The notes beneath the pieces were generated by a model, which had not been told where the DNA came from, did not search any database, and worked only from the letters and a program-made list of their open reading frames with translations. From contig NC_042998.1 of NCBI RefSeq assembly GCF_006345805.1, forward strand, positions 193,564,001 through 193,628,000: 64,000 bases of DNA, in the 5' to 3' direction. Source of the DNA: Octopus sinensis (taxonomy: Eukaryota). Position 1 is the stretch's first letter. Each line of letters opens with the position of its first letter. The position numbers were made by a program, and so were the translations under genes. Positions 25,343 to 39,006 of this stretch are shown here, piece after piece.

Positions 25343-26129
25343 TAAGTGAGCTTAAGTAAAAGCCAGCAATGGCTCAAAAGCTCTGGACTAAAATCCGAGA
25401 CAGAAGAACTGATTCTCGCTGTACAAGACCAATGCCTTACTACAAACAATTATACAAACAAAATAATGAAAACAGGCCTCAACACTAAATGCAGAATGTG
25501 CAACCAGCACAATGAGACAGTTAACCACATCATCTCGGGCTGCCCAGTCCTTGCCGAGTCTGAATATGTATACAGACATGACAAAGTAAGCAGCTGGACA
25601 ATATTCCAACACTACAACTTCAAAACTGACGGCAGGTGGTATAAGTATGTCCCCGGCAAGGTACAAGGCAAAAATCAGGCCACAATCATCTGGGATATGC
25701 CGGTTCTAACTGACAAAGAAATAAAAGCTAATCGCCGAGGCATAATAATCAAGGATTGGTAAAAAAAAAAAAATCCCTGTTTACTGATAGACATTGCTGT
25801 CCCTTCTGATCAAAATATTGTTAAAAGAGAAGGCGAGAAATTGTTGAAGTTCAGACACCTCAAAATTGGAGTATTTAAAATGTGGGGCATGGAAGTAGAA
25901 ACAATACCAATAATAATTGGAGTATTATGAATGATAAAAAAATCATATGAGCAAAAATGCAGAAGCTATACCTGGATCCTCAACACTACTCACTGTCCAA
26001 AAATTAGCTCTGCTAGGAACAGCCCACACAACAGAAAAGAAAACAAAATGCTGCACACACTCCAGCAACACAGAGGTGTAGCAGGTGATGCAGTAGAAAT
26101 TTGCCCCACTCTACTAAATATTGAACATT

Positions 26130-26133
<4 letters not shown>
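25343..26133 (+). mobile_element. 5'-truncated Dong/R4-like LINE (CCHC + RLE), ending in (AAT)n
   Basis: WLKSSGLKSETEELILAVQDQ..CRMCNQHNETVNHIISGC..RHD..WDMPVLTDKEIKANR..CLLIDIAVP..IPIIIG. Confidence 0.9.
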
Positions 26134-26206
<73 letters not shown>

Positions 26207-26230
26207 AATAATGATAATAATAATAATAAT

Positions 26231-26282
<52 letters not shown>

Positions 26283-26287
26283 TAATA

Positions 26288-26845
26288 AATACCCTGATGC
26301 AGTACCAGGCAGTGGCTCTCATGGCTTCTGATCTTAACTGATTGGAAGTGTTATCATGTACATTGCTATGTCTTGGTATAAAAGATGGGCTACAGTAAAT
26401 ATTCTGCTCAATACCACAGATTTGTTTGTCAGTTGTTTGACCTTAACCAGTTGAGCATGTCCATTAGTGGCTGACGATATGTGCATCTCTGATCACAAGC
26501 AGAAGTAGTGGGGGGACATCATAGCCATGTGTTGACAAGGATTCTTTGGGGTTTGAATAATTCACCTCTGGAAACATGAATGTTTTGTTCAACATCCTGA
26601 AACAATCCTTATTCAGAAACCTTTTGAGTGATATGGGTTACTCGACCAGAAGAAAATTCTAACTGGGCCCCACCTGCAAGGTCATGTGCTGTTTATCTTG
26701 ATATGAGATCACCATGTCGCGTACATATGGTTGTGATGCATGTGCCTGGTGTACCTTTATAGGGACGGGTAGTCATGATGGGTATACTGGGTTTCGTATA
26801 TTTTACCCCATTGTCACTTTGATGGCATACACTGCTCTCTCACTC
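26288..26845 (+). mobile_element. Element X, second full copy in (AAT)n
   Basis: Colinear with 14881-15386, with the same termini. Confidence 0.8.
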
Positions 26846-26926
26846 AATAATAATAATAATAATAACAACAACAACAACAACAATAACAACAACAACAACA
26901 AAAACAACAACAACAACAACAACAAC

Positions 26927-26980
<54 letters not shown>

Positions 26981-26989
26981 TTTTTTTAA

Positions 26990-27206
26990 TTTTAAAATAT
27001 TCAGACAAATACATAACAAAAAACACCAGGACTTACAAACACATATAACATACAGAAAATTGCACTACTAGGCACTGCACACATCCTACGCAGAACACTT
27101 TCCATACAATAACCATCAGAGTATCACAACAAATCACAGCACATACCCAAGGCACACAGAGCTGCGCTCGGTAGTGAAGTGAAAGCACGATATAAAAATA
27201 AAACTA

Positions 27207-27210
<4 letters not shown>
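26990..27210 (+). mobile_element. Extreme 3' fragment of the Dong-like family seen at 15411-16272
   Basis: Near-identical to the reverse complement of 15411-15630; flanked by (AAT)n on both sides. Confidence 0.92.
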
Positions 27211-27283
<73 letters not shown>

Positions 27284-27401
27284 TAATGATAATAATAATA
27301 ATAATAATAATAATATAATAATAATATAATAATAATAATATAATAATAATAATAATAATAATAATGATGAAGATGATTATGATGATGATTATGATGATGA
27401 T

Positions 27402-29215
27402 AAAGCTATTCCAGACGAGAACTATAGCTGAAACTAACAAGATTATTTGGGCTACAGCTATGGTTGTTGCAGATAGAGTTTGACACAAAAGAGACCAAAC
27501 AGAACGTAAAGAATCACTCTGGCGTAGAGGAATTTGTGAGAAGCAAACAAGGTTAAAAAGACATTTAGGACAAGTTGATAGATTGAGTAGAGGGGAATTG
27601 CAGAACGAAAACATAAGGATAATGCTAGAAGGAATATATAGAATAATACATAAAGGTTATGATGTGATATTGGAAGAATTGAAACAAAGAGTAGGAGCAA
27701 TCAAAACAAAACTGGAAAGGTATGACAATAGAACAAAACAATTCAAGCAAAACAGATTGTTCGAAGCAAATCAGAGGAATCTGTTTCAGGAACTAGATGG
27801 GCAATTACACGTAACAATGATACCAGATGCGGAGGAAATCAGGGTATTCAGAAGAGCAATTTGGGACCAACTGTATAGCATGATGAGGAAGCAGAGTAGC
27901 TGCATGTATTTCAAGATAGGTGAAGAAATATAGGTCAAAAGGACATAAAGATACAACAGAAATGATAAAAAAGCAATTTTAAAAGTTCCCAAATTTGAAG
28001 AGCCCACGACCAAGATTATTGGATGAGGAAGCTGACAGGGCTCCACGAAAGGATAGCGCAATAGCTAGATGAATGCTTGCAGAAAGGTTCAATACCCAGC
28101 AAACTGACAAAGAGAAAGGCATTATTGTGTGCCAAGGATCCTGAAAAGAGAAATGTTGCAGCCAACGTTAGGCCAATAATGTACCTTTCTCTAATGTGGA
28201 AACTAATGCCATGTGCGTTGGCCAGTGAACTGTATAGATATTTGAAAAACAGTGAGCTGCTGCCTATTGAACAGAAACGGTGCCGAATGAGAAGCCGTAG
28301 AATGAAGGATCAGCTCTTAATTGATAATCTAATTATCAGGAACTGCAAGACACACAAACCTGACCATGGCATGGATTGACTATCATAAAGCATATGATTT
28401 GATACCTCAGTCCTGGATAATAAAAGCAATGGAGATGTATAGAGTAGCAGAAAATATGAGAAGCCTTATATGAGATAACATAAAATGCTGGAGAACGGAA
28501 TAACAGCAGAAAATAAAGTATTAGAAGAGGTGAAAATCAAAAAAGGTATCTTACAGGGGGACAGTGTGTCCCCACTGATCTTCGTGCTGGCTATGATCCC
28601 CTTGAGTGAAATACTACAGAAAACAAAGTTGGGGTATGACCTGGGAAGAGATAAGGGAAAACTGAACTACTTGCTATTCATAGACAGCCTGAAGCTATTC
28701 ATAAAAACTGAGGCAGAGCTGAACAGCCTAGTCCAGTCTGTGCGGATTTTCTCTAATGATATTAAGATGGAGTTTGGACTCTCAAAATACGCTACGATGG
28801 TGATGAGATGAGAAAAGCATTTCAGAACAGACGGCATAAGGGTGCCAAAACTCAACCTCAATCCAGCTATAAATACCTGGGAATACTTGAGGCAGAGGGC
28901 ACAATGACATGAAGGAAAATACAAAAAGAGATTACCAGCGGCGAGTGAGAAAAATATTGGCTTCAAAGCTAAAAGCCAGAAACATAATTTCGGCAATAAA
29001 CTCACGCGCAGTCGCAGTAGTTCGGTATGGTGCTGGAATCTTGAAGTGGACGAAGGAGCAACTAAATAGACAGGAAGTCAAAAAAGCCTCTAACGATGCA
29101 TAGAGTCCATCATCCACGTGCGGACACTGATCACCTATACATGAAGAGAACAAATGGAGGAAGAGGACTGATAAGTATGGAAGACTGCGTGCGTATCGAA
29201 CTCGAGAGCTTAATG
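27402..29215 (+). mobile_element. R4-clade LINE, RT-containing segment
   Basis: RT motifs RPIMYLSLMWKL, WIDYHKAYDLIP, KGILQGDSVSPLIF, LNYLLFIDSLKLF, YKYLG, HPRADTDHLYMKRTNGGRGL, with many stops and frameshifts. Confidence 0.92.
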
Positions 29216-29324
29216 GCTATGATGCTCCCCCACTACTTCTGCTCGTGATCAGAGATGCACATATTGTCAGTCACCAAGGGCCATGCTTAACTGGTTACGG
29301 TCAAACAACTGACAAGCAGATACG

Positions 29325-30045
29325 CACAACAGATTAGGCTGTTGGAAAATGAAAAATCCTAGCATCGGGCTAAAACAAGAAACTTTAGATGCCAAGAACC
29401 CTCCTAAGTATCCTAGCTGTCCCTAATAACACTGTTTTCTGGAGCTGTACTAAACTGGGTTTTATGCTTGTTTCCTCTATCCATCTGTTCAGATATTTAG
29501 CGATAGTTCCCAATGCACCTATAACTATAACTACTTGGGATACTTTTTACCCACACTTTCCATAGCCTCTGTGATTCAGTGGCTAGGTCCTGGTAATTTT
29601 CTATTTTTTCTATACCTCTCATTTTGATTTTTTCATCATTTGGGACTGTAAAGTAAAGTATCTGGCACTTTCTATTCTCCTTATCTACTACTACTAAATC
29701 AGGCCCTCTAGCTTCTATTACTCTGTCAGTCTTAATGTTAAAGTCCCACATCTTCTCTTTCTTACTTTCTAGTACTTTACTCAGTTCATCTTCACACCAT
29801 TTATCAGTATGTTCAAATCCTAGCTTTCTACATCACTCCCAGTGGATTGCTCTCCCTAGGTTGTCATGTCTTTTCTTGTATTCTTTCTGTGCCAGCATGC
29901 TACATTCACTTACTATTTGAGTAACGCTTTCTTTTTTTGATTTGAATAACCTACATTGGGAATCAGCTTGGTTTTTGTCTATCTTGGCTTGTATCCAGAC
30001 TGCAACTATCTTTGGAAATCTACCATGCAACGTCTTCTCCAGTAT
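29325..30045 (-). mobile_element. R4-clade LINE C-terminus (CCHC + RLE + 3' UTR), inverted relative to the adjacent RT segment
   Basis: LHGRF..CRLFKSKKESVTQIVSECSMLAQKEYKKRHD..WDFNIKTDRVIEARGPDLVVVDK..QKTVLLGTARILRRVLGI*. Confidence 0.88.
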
Positions 30046-30359
30046 AAATATGGATGTATACGTAATTAAAATTTCAAAATTTTACTCACAAGTTTGTAGT
30101 TTTCGTATAGAAATATTACAGTGCTTACATTTTTACATACATGTTGCTGTCTAAAGGGAAGCTATTTTTTGTATATATATATATGCACCATATAAGAAGC
30201 ATCTTTCAGTTTCCTAAGATGGCTTACATTAAGACAGTTTTCTTCCATTGTTTTTGCGAATTTGTAATTCCTACTTCGTGATGATTTCAGATTTGAGATT
30301 TGATCTATCTTCCCGGCAGCTTGCTGTCACACGTCCAAGCTGTTTGGTATTCGCTATTT

Positions 30360-30594
<235 letters not shown>

Positions 30595-30595
<1 letters not shown>

Positions 30596-30790
30596 GGCGG
30601 TGAGCTGACATAAACTTTACCGCGCCTGGTAAAATGTGTAACGGCATTTCGTCCATCTTTATGTTATGAGTTCAAATTCCACCGAGGTCGACTTTGCTTT
30701 TCATCCTTTCGGGGTCGATAAAACACTGGGGTCAGTGTAATCGATTTACTCCTCCCTGGAACTTGCTGACCCCATGCCAAACAGTTAAAT
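30595..30790 (+). mobile_element. Diverged tRNA-SINE family 2
   Basis: aaggcggtgagctgac..gagttcaaattccaccgaggtcgactttgcttttcatcctttcggggtcgataaa. Confidence 0.8.
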
Positions 30791-30839
30791 CACTATTATC
30801 ATAATTATCATCATTAATTTTCTTTAATCATCATCATTA

Positions 30840-31275
30840 ATCTGCATGTTTGATGAAATCGTTTGCCGGGACACATCCAGTGCCCTGGGACAAGTAACGG
30901 TTAACAGATGTTGAAATACAACTGAAACCTTAGAGACAGGAAGTGGGGAGAGCAATACAGAAATACATTCATATAACACAAGCATTTAAATTGATACGGT
31001 TTATCTAAGAACGTTGGCGGTACTTGTCAACATAATCTTCTGGATTGTTTTCAGATATGGTTCTCCTGGGATAGTGTCTAGATACTTCTGACATCTTTTC
31101 GTTATCATACTTAAGGCAACTACAATGATGGGAACAATTTTTGCTTTAAGATGCCACACTTTTTGTATTTCAATTTCCAGGTCCTTATATTTACTAAGTT
31201 TGTCAAATTTCTTTATAGATATATTTTTATCGGCGGGAACACTCACATCTACGATTATTTCAAGTATTTTCTGTA
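30840..31275 (-). mobile_element. Dong/R4-like LINE 3' end
   Basis: SVPADKNISIKKFDKLSKYKDLEIEI..IVPIIVVALSMI..IQKIMLTSTANVLR*, with a 3' UTR running into ATG/ATT repeats. Confidence 0.85.
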
Positions 31276-31439
31276 TTGTCTGTATGCACAGTTAGATGTT
31301 AGAAACTGGAGGTCTTAGAGTTCCACCTAGTGTGTTGTCACCCAATTTTCTTCTAGTAAAGCGATATGTTTACTACTGTACTTAGCAGGTTATGATATAG
31401 AGAGATAACGTTGGGAAAAGTATGATGAGTACATGTAGG

Positions 31440-31575
31440 GCGGCGAGCTGGCAGAAACGTCGATTAAATAAGTACCAGTTACGCATTGGGGTCGATATTA
31501 TCGATTTAATCCGTTTGTCTGTCCTTGTTTGTCCCCTCTGTGTGTAACCCCTTGTGGGCAGTAATGAAATAAGTA
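31440..31575 (+). mobile_element. tRNA-SINE family 2 with an internal deletion
   Basis: The head ggcggcgagctggcagaaacgt is joined directly to cgattaaataagtaccag, then the normal tail. Confidence 0.8.
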
Positions 31576-32148
31576 TGATGAGCACATGTAGATTATACCA
31601 TTTCTCCCCAGTGAAAGATTCGCCTATATAGAAGGTAATCTTTATCTCCCACTAAAAGTGGATCTTACCATGAGAGGAGCTCTAGTGTGGTGCATATAAG
31701 CACTCGTGTTTATATTGCTGATAGGCGATAATTGTCGACTGTGGCCACCGGAGCTGTGAGATCACGTAATCTCACCCTTCTTGGGTTCCTCAATGGCAAA
31801 CGTCTGGCTAGATACAGCAGTTGTCAGTGACATATAGAATTCCAGCGTCTACTCAGGAAGTGGTGTCGCAAATAGCCAGTGGGCTTACTAAAAAATAATA
31901 GCGAGGGAAGCAGTATTAATAGTAAAAGGAGCCATTTTTTATATATAACCAATTCTATGTTGCGTTTTTCATAATCGTATAGAAATCAGAAAGAAGGAAC
32001 CGGACTTGTACAGGGCAGAGATTAGTTGTCCGGTACATCAAATTACGTTACATCGAAGCAGTGGACACGATTTCATGTCAACTCGTTTTGCTATAGACAT
32101 ACATCTCTCTTTCTCATTCTCTCTCTTTCTCTCTCTCTCACTGTATCT

Positions 32149-32180
<32 letters not shown>

Positions 32181-32338
32181 CATACATAAACACACACGTA
32201 TATATAAAGCTACTCACATATATATATATATAGTATGCATATATGCATGTAAAGATATACATACATATAGATATATATGTATTGTATGTTTAAATATATA
32301 CGTGTGTGTATGTATGTCTGTCTGTGTGAGCATATATG

Positions 32339-32380
<42 letters not shown>

Positions 32381-35300
32381 TATATACATGTATCTATGTA
32401 TGTATAATGATGTACACTCTAACAGCAAGTGGAATGTAATGTAGCTAGGACCACGGAAGTTGAAAATGGAAATTTTATCGAATCTACTTTCTACTCAAAT
32501 AATTTTAAATGGTCCGAATTTCCGTAGGATATATTCTCAACTCACAAATTTATTGTAACCCAATTCTTCACGCATCATTGGTTCTGACAGCTGCAACTAT
32601 TCCTATTAATCTCTGGAATGAAGAATTTTACAGAATTATTATTTTTTTTAATTTGTATTAATTGCGGCATCAGCTTTCCATAGAATTATGTTTTACAATA
32701 TAAAATTATTTGCTTCCTTAGTCGTGTTCATATTCACACTTGAATTCCCAAATCATAACCTTTTATTAGCAGACATCTTCAACGACACAAAGTTTCTCTC
32801 CGTTCTTCACACTAGATAATACTTGTATGTGTTTAACTTCCCGTGCTTTAGTCGTTTTCGATTCCACACTGACATAGCGACCCCTAAACCAATGAAGGAC
32901 ACTGATCAGCAACTGAACCAGAATGATATGTCAATATAGAATAAAGTGTTTTGCTTAGAAACAGACTAGAATACGAGAAGCGAATTTGAAATTATGCTTC
33001 ATGAGCAGATGTTTTAGTAGGTTAACTCCTCAGCCATCTCACATTGAATATCACATTGTTGTGTCACTCACACTTGCGCACAGGAACAATTTTTGTAAAA
33101 AAAAGTTACACTCAGTCTAAAGTCCTATTATTAATTCGTCCACCTCCAGCGGGAAGTGTTAATCCACCACACCCAGTGAGGTCGGTGGATAAATCAGTAA
33201 CTCCATTGAAGGGAGAGGACTGCTCTGTCTCACTAGAACCTTGGGATTCATCAGCCTCACATTAAGGGTGAGGTGAATGCTTCAGCTTAACATTGATTTG
33301 AGCAGACCTATAATTAAAGGTATTCCAGTCGTGACCATTCCGTTGACGCACTTTGAGTATCAGTTAGAGGCTTTCTCACTGGCTCTTATACACAAACTGA
33401 ATTCAGAAAAATGGAAAGTAAAATCTATATTTAATGCTATATCTAATCTACTTTCACAGACATTATGTTACGCTGATATATTATTGGCACAATATATGGG
33501 GCACAATATTTCATGTAAAGGGTTTATGAGGGTGTAGTCGAGTATGCTCACTCCAAAACATAATTGGTAATTTTATTTTATCGAACCCAAGAGGATGAAA
33601 AGTAAAGCGTTGGCCTTGACGGGATTTGAACACAGAACGTAAAGTGTTATACTATTTTCTTCTTTCTGTCGGTTTCAATAGTATAACAGTTCCTCCTATT
33701 AGAAAACGTTACTCGCCTCTTAACTCTTCCTCATTTCTAAAAGAAACACATTGTAAGCGGTCTCTAACGGCATTTCTCCCGGTTCGGTGTGACTGATTCA
33801 AAGTAAGAGAACAATTCCTGAACCTGACGACATGACTGGTTTGTTATTTATCGATCTCAGAAGGAGGAAAGACAAAGCCGATCTCGGCTGGATTTGAACC
33901 CAGATATATAAAGTGTTATATAAACAATATAATATAATCAGATAATACATTTACAGACAATGGATTAGCAGAAATGAGGGGATGCAATAAAATAAAGTAT
34001 CACTCAAGTGCTGAGGTCGATATTATCAAGTGTTCCTTCCCACCAAATTTGACACCTTGTGTATATGTTACAAATCCTCACATATACGCCAGTATTTAAA
34101 TGTGGCGATAGATAAGTCAGGATATAAACGAATTTAATCTCTTTGTCTTATGGAGTTACACTCATTTACGTTCTGAATTCAAATCGCGCTGGTATTGGCT
34201 TCGCTTTCCATTTTTCCATGTTCAATATAAAATAGACACCATTGAAGTCAATTTAATTTCCTATACATCCTTTCAAGTTTTGTGGTCTTGTAGCTATACT
34301 AGAAATCGATATTCCTACATAAAGCCTTGTTGTTTAGCTCAAGGTTAGCTCTTATTTGACAAACCTATGACCACAGCACTTGACCATAACCACCCCGTCT
34401 TTTAGGGGTATGTAGGAGTAATTTTAATGAGATTCTAGTAGATCGATTGACCACCTAGAGGATCCCACATTAGCAATGTAGTAAAATAGGAATGTGGGAC
34501 AATATTGTGCTTTCATGAGTATTTGAGATATCGTCTCCACCAGGATTGAAATTGGTTTACCAGCATTGCTTCCTAGCAGATTAAATTTTGTTCCACGATA
34601 TATGAGTTATAAATTTTATAATATGCTTAAACTTCACATATTTCCCTTGGAACGGCTTTCACTATTAATTTCCTTTCATACTCGAGTATTTGGTTTTCTA
34701 CCGAGCCTCCATTGATATCAATATTCGATTAAACAAAATGTATGATTAGGATATTCCTAATGAGGTGCTACAGATCCTTCAACAGAATAGAATTTCCTCA
34801 GATGTTGAAATGACCATAGGGAGTTTTAGAACAACCCAGTACTTTGTTTAGGCCTTATGACTGACTGGAATATTCGAGACATGATAAATTATAAACATGA
34901 ATTATATTTCCCATGGGTTCATTATTCTTCTTAAATTACTGAGAATTTCTCAACAGATATTGGTGCTTTATGTTCAATATTTGAGAGAAAGAAAAGCTTT
35001 AGTTCTCTCTATGTATTCTATGGATACTCTGTATCGGAGATTCGGCAAAATCTTTCCAATCATCTTATGCATGATCGCGGAAATCATAAATACGTTTCTT
35101 TTAATTTACCACACACAAGTGTTATTCATCTGTCTACTTTGCATAGAATATTAATTCGAAATTCGGAACCAATGGATTCAATAAGAAATCTCACTTTGTC
35201 GATACATTGATGATATTTCAATAGCCTGCTTTCGGTATGAAATGAAGTTGTTAAGATATAGTCTTTTATAATATATAACAAAATTATATTGATATATGAG

Positions 35301-35453
35301 AGAATGTTCGATATGGAAGGACAAAAAAAAAAGACATTATTTGCCGTCTCCATTAAGTTGTACATAACTTCATATGTATTTCACATATTTACATGTGTGC
35401 ATATGTGTGTATGTGTATATATCTGTGTGTGCGCGTGTCTATGCATGCACGTC

Positions 35454-35454
<1 letters not shown>

Positions 35455-35535
<81 letters not shown>

Positions 35536-35659
35536 TATATTTGTATATATATATATATTATATATATATATATGCATATATATGCATGCATGTGGGTATA
35601 TATATATATGTGTGTGTGTGTCTATGTGTATGTGTGTTAATACATATCTATATATCTTT

Positions 35660-35720
<61 letters not shown>

Positions 35721-35745
35721 AGAGTGTGTGAGAGAGAGAGAAATA
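35455..35745. repeat. (TA)n, (GT)n, (GATA)n and (GA)n cluster
   Basis: Direct reading of the sequence. Confidence 0.96.
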
Positions 35746-36246
35746 GAAACAGAGAGCCATAAAGACAGGGAGAGAAGGAGAGATTTGGTAGAACAAATAG
35801 GTGAAACAGAGCTCGGCACATGAGTATAGATAAATTTTAAAAGTGGCTCATTGGCTGAGAGTTTGATAAGTACCATGTACGAAGCATCAGCGTATCATAT
35901 TGCGTTGATAACATACAAAATAAAGCTTTACTTCTATTGCTAAATCTATTCAGAAAAACATGCTTGATATTTCACGTCTCATTTCTGTTGAAAAAGCCAA
36001 TATTATTCACGTAGAGTAATATAGTCTCTTTATATTCAATATAACACTATTAATTCAATATTTCTCACAAAGTACTGATCCAATATACTTACAAATATCG
36101 TTTTTATATAAAGAGATGAACATATGCTCATCTGTGTATTTCGTGTAGAAAATTAATTTTTCCCTCCGAATTGGAACAAGATCACACTTATTTTCAGGGA
36201 TGCGTTTACTGGATTGAATGAACTCTATTTCATAATTAATACATGA

Positions 36247-36825
36247 CGGCGAGCTGGCAGAATCGTTAGCACGCCGGGCGAAATACTTAGCGGTATTTCG
36301 TCTACCGCTACGTTCTGAGTTCAAATTCCGCCGAGGTCGACTTTGCCTTTCTTCTCTTCGGGGTCGATTAAATACGTACCAATTGCGCACTAGGGTCGAT
36401 GTTATCGACTTAATCCGTTTTTCTGTCCTTGTTTGTCCTCTCTGTGTTTAGCCCCTTGTGGGTAGTAAAGAAATAGGTATTTCGTCTGCCGCTACGTTCT
36501 GAGTTCAAATTCCGCCGAGGTCGACTTTGCCTTTCATCCTTTCAGGGTCGATAAATTAAGTCCCACTTACGCACTGGGGTCGATATAATCGACTTAATCC
36601 GTTTGTCAGTCCTTGTTTGTTTCCTCTGTGTGTAGCCCCTTGTGAGTAGTAAAGAAAAAGGTATTTCGTCCGCCGCTGCGTTCTGAGTTCAAATTCCGCC
36701 GAGGTCGACTTTGCCTTTCATGCTTTCGGGGTCGATAAATTAAGTACCAGTTGCGTACTAGGGTCGATGTAATCGACTGGCACCCTCCCACTTGTGCCTA
36801 GAATAGAAAAGAATACTTAGCGGCT
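36247..36825 (+). mobile_element. tRNA-SINE family 2 trimer (184-bp internal repeat)
   Basis: ggtatttcgtc recurs at 36292, 36476 and 36660. Confidence 0.93.
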
Positions 36826-37369
36826 TCGGCGAAATTGATGTAGAAATGTATCCAAGTGGCATATGAATTCACAGAAATATCTTAAACATGTAGCCATGGT
36901 TTGTGGTTAAGAAGAAGCTTATGACCACTTGTTTCCATGTATAATTTCACCTCCCGGTAATTTGTACAAGTTTATCCTTCCATAACTTCAAGTTGACTAA
37001 GATATTAGACTCTTGTATAAAATGTCAGGCAGTATATATATAGTTATTTCACAATATATGTATATATATTCCGCTTAGGTATTAGAACTCAATATACAAT
37101 GCTTCAGAACGAAGCTCGTGTCGAGTACAGAGCTGTAATAGGAAAGTAAGACGACAAAGGAATAAGCAATCATCATATGTGCTTCATTAGCTTCCAGGTG
37201 TTTCTGCTATATGATGCAATGAACTCGTAGTTGAGTGTTTGAGTAACTATAGCTTCGTCAGAGCCTCAGAAATGAGGTGCAATTTATTTGGGAAAAACAA
37301 TTACAGGTTTAAGCTTATGAAGTTCATAAGATAATTCTTTATTTCTTTCTCATCTCAATTTCTATGTAT

Positions 37370-38280
37370 CTCTTTTACTCTTTTACTTGTTTCAGTCATT
37401 TAACTGCGGCCATGCTGGATCACCGCCTTTTAGTCGAGCAAATCGACCGCAGGACTTATTCTTTGTAAGTCTAGTACTTATTCTATCGGTCTCTTTTGCC
37501 GAACCGCTAAGTTACGGGGACGTAAACACACCAGTATCGGTTGTGAAGCGATGTTTGGGGGGGACAAACACTGACACACAAACATACATACACACACGCA
37601 CATATATATATATATATATATATACATACCACCAAGGTTGCCAAAATTACGACCAACAGTAACTGCTGCTACTGCAATTTAAACCACTAGACCTTCTTCT
37701 GCAGCTAGGACAGCCACAACCAATAAGCTGCTGCGACCCCAACCACCACCACGGTTACTACTACTACGACCAACAATCACTACTGCTGCTACCATTCCAT
37801 TGGAACACAAGGAAACAAAAAAACGGTTCTTTTGATACCAGCAAGAAACAATAATGAACTTCTTCACTACACTCAACTGTAATATAGCGATTATACCAAC
37901 TACCGACAAAACACCACCACATGGATTCTATTGAGACCAGTAAGAAACGATTATGAACTTTTCTATTGCACATTTTATAATATTTTTGATAAGGTTCGTT
38001 TTTTCAAGAACCGAAACATGTAAAATGCATAAGAAAATTAAAATTTATCTAATATAGTGGCGTTTTCAAACTTCTTTTTTACAAATATATATATGTATAT
38101 ATACACACATATATAAGACGGGCTTCTTTCAGTTCCCGTCTACCAAATCCACTCACAAGGCTTTGGTCGGCCCAAGGCTATAGTAGGAGACACTTTCCCA
38201 AGGTTCCACGCAGTGGGACTGAACCCGGAACCATGTGGCTCGTAAGCAAGCTACTTACCACACAGCCACTCCTACGCCTG
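37370..38280 (-). mobile_element. tRNA-SINE family 1 split by an insertion of about 470 bp (about 37628-38095) in its internal (TA)n
   Basis: The 3' half lies at 37370-37625 and the 5' half at about 38100-38280, colinear with intact copies. Confidence 0.88.
37981..38027 (+). ncRNA. Apparently intact minimal type I hammerhead ribozyme, U3-A8 variant
   Basis: tattt-TTGATAA-ggttc/gttttttcaa/gaacc-GAA-ACATGT-A|aaatg: 5-bp stem I (one G.U), 5-bp stem II, palindromic stem III and a GUA triplet. Confidence 0.72.
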
Positions 38281-39006
38281 TATACGTATGTATGTGTGTA
38301 TGTGTGTGTGTGTGTGTGTATGTGTGTGTGTGTGTATGCATGAATGTATGTATGTATGTACATATTTATGTGACCAAAAGATATCAGGAACGAATAGAAC
38401 ATAGATGCATGAGTATACAACAGTAAAATTTAGTTCTGTAGGAAGAGACAGCACGTTAAAAAGGCACGTTAAAAAGGACCTTCATAAACAATGCTGAAAA
38501 GTGTGTCGCAGCGGGTTGGGCTTCAATTGTTGGTACAAAATTTAAAGTAACCTCCTAAGAACGTATGCTTGTTTAAAATGTCCTTGTTTAAAATCGGTAC
38601 ATCTGGACAAGAATACCTTGCGGTGTTTATGACCGGCCCAGACATCTCCCCTTAACTAATGCCCAATTTACATTTTGTATCTTACTAGTACGATGAAATA
38701 GCAATCAAATATTGATCAAAGTACTGAACTGCTAATTGGTTAGCACCTTTAAAACGGGTGTCCCAGCACACAGCTACAATCTACATTGAATCAGGGATTT
38801 ACTCCGCTATTCTGCAGTTTCTCTCTTCCATCGACTTTAATGATAAATATCGATTTCTTACGGTAGTAATAGTCTAAACATTTGTAATACGGGTGTGTGT
38901 AATCGAATTAATCGTTTGATGTAGATTTTAACGATTCGGATGGGAGCAAAGTCCTGTGAGGGTTGGAAAAAAGAGTTAAAAGGATGATAACGGTATAACA
39001 GCAGAT

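Noticed and set aside
27402-30045. Twin-priming 5' inversion
   Set aside because: The geometry is wrong: the opposite-strand segment lies beyond the 3' end rather than 5' of it.
34957-35210. Open frame of about 85 codons after an acceptor-like site (DIGALCSIFERKK...)
   Set aside because: It has no recognisable domain or good donor, and a few such frames are expected by chance in this much unique sequence.
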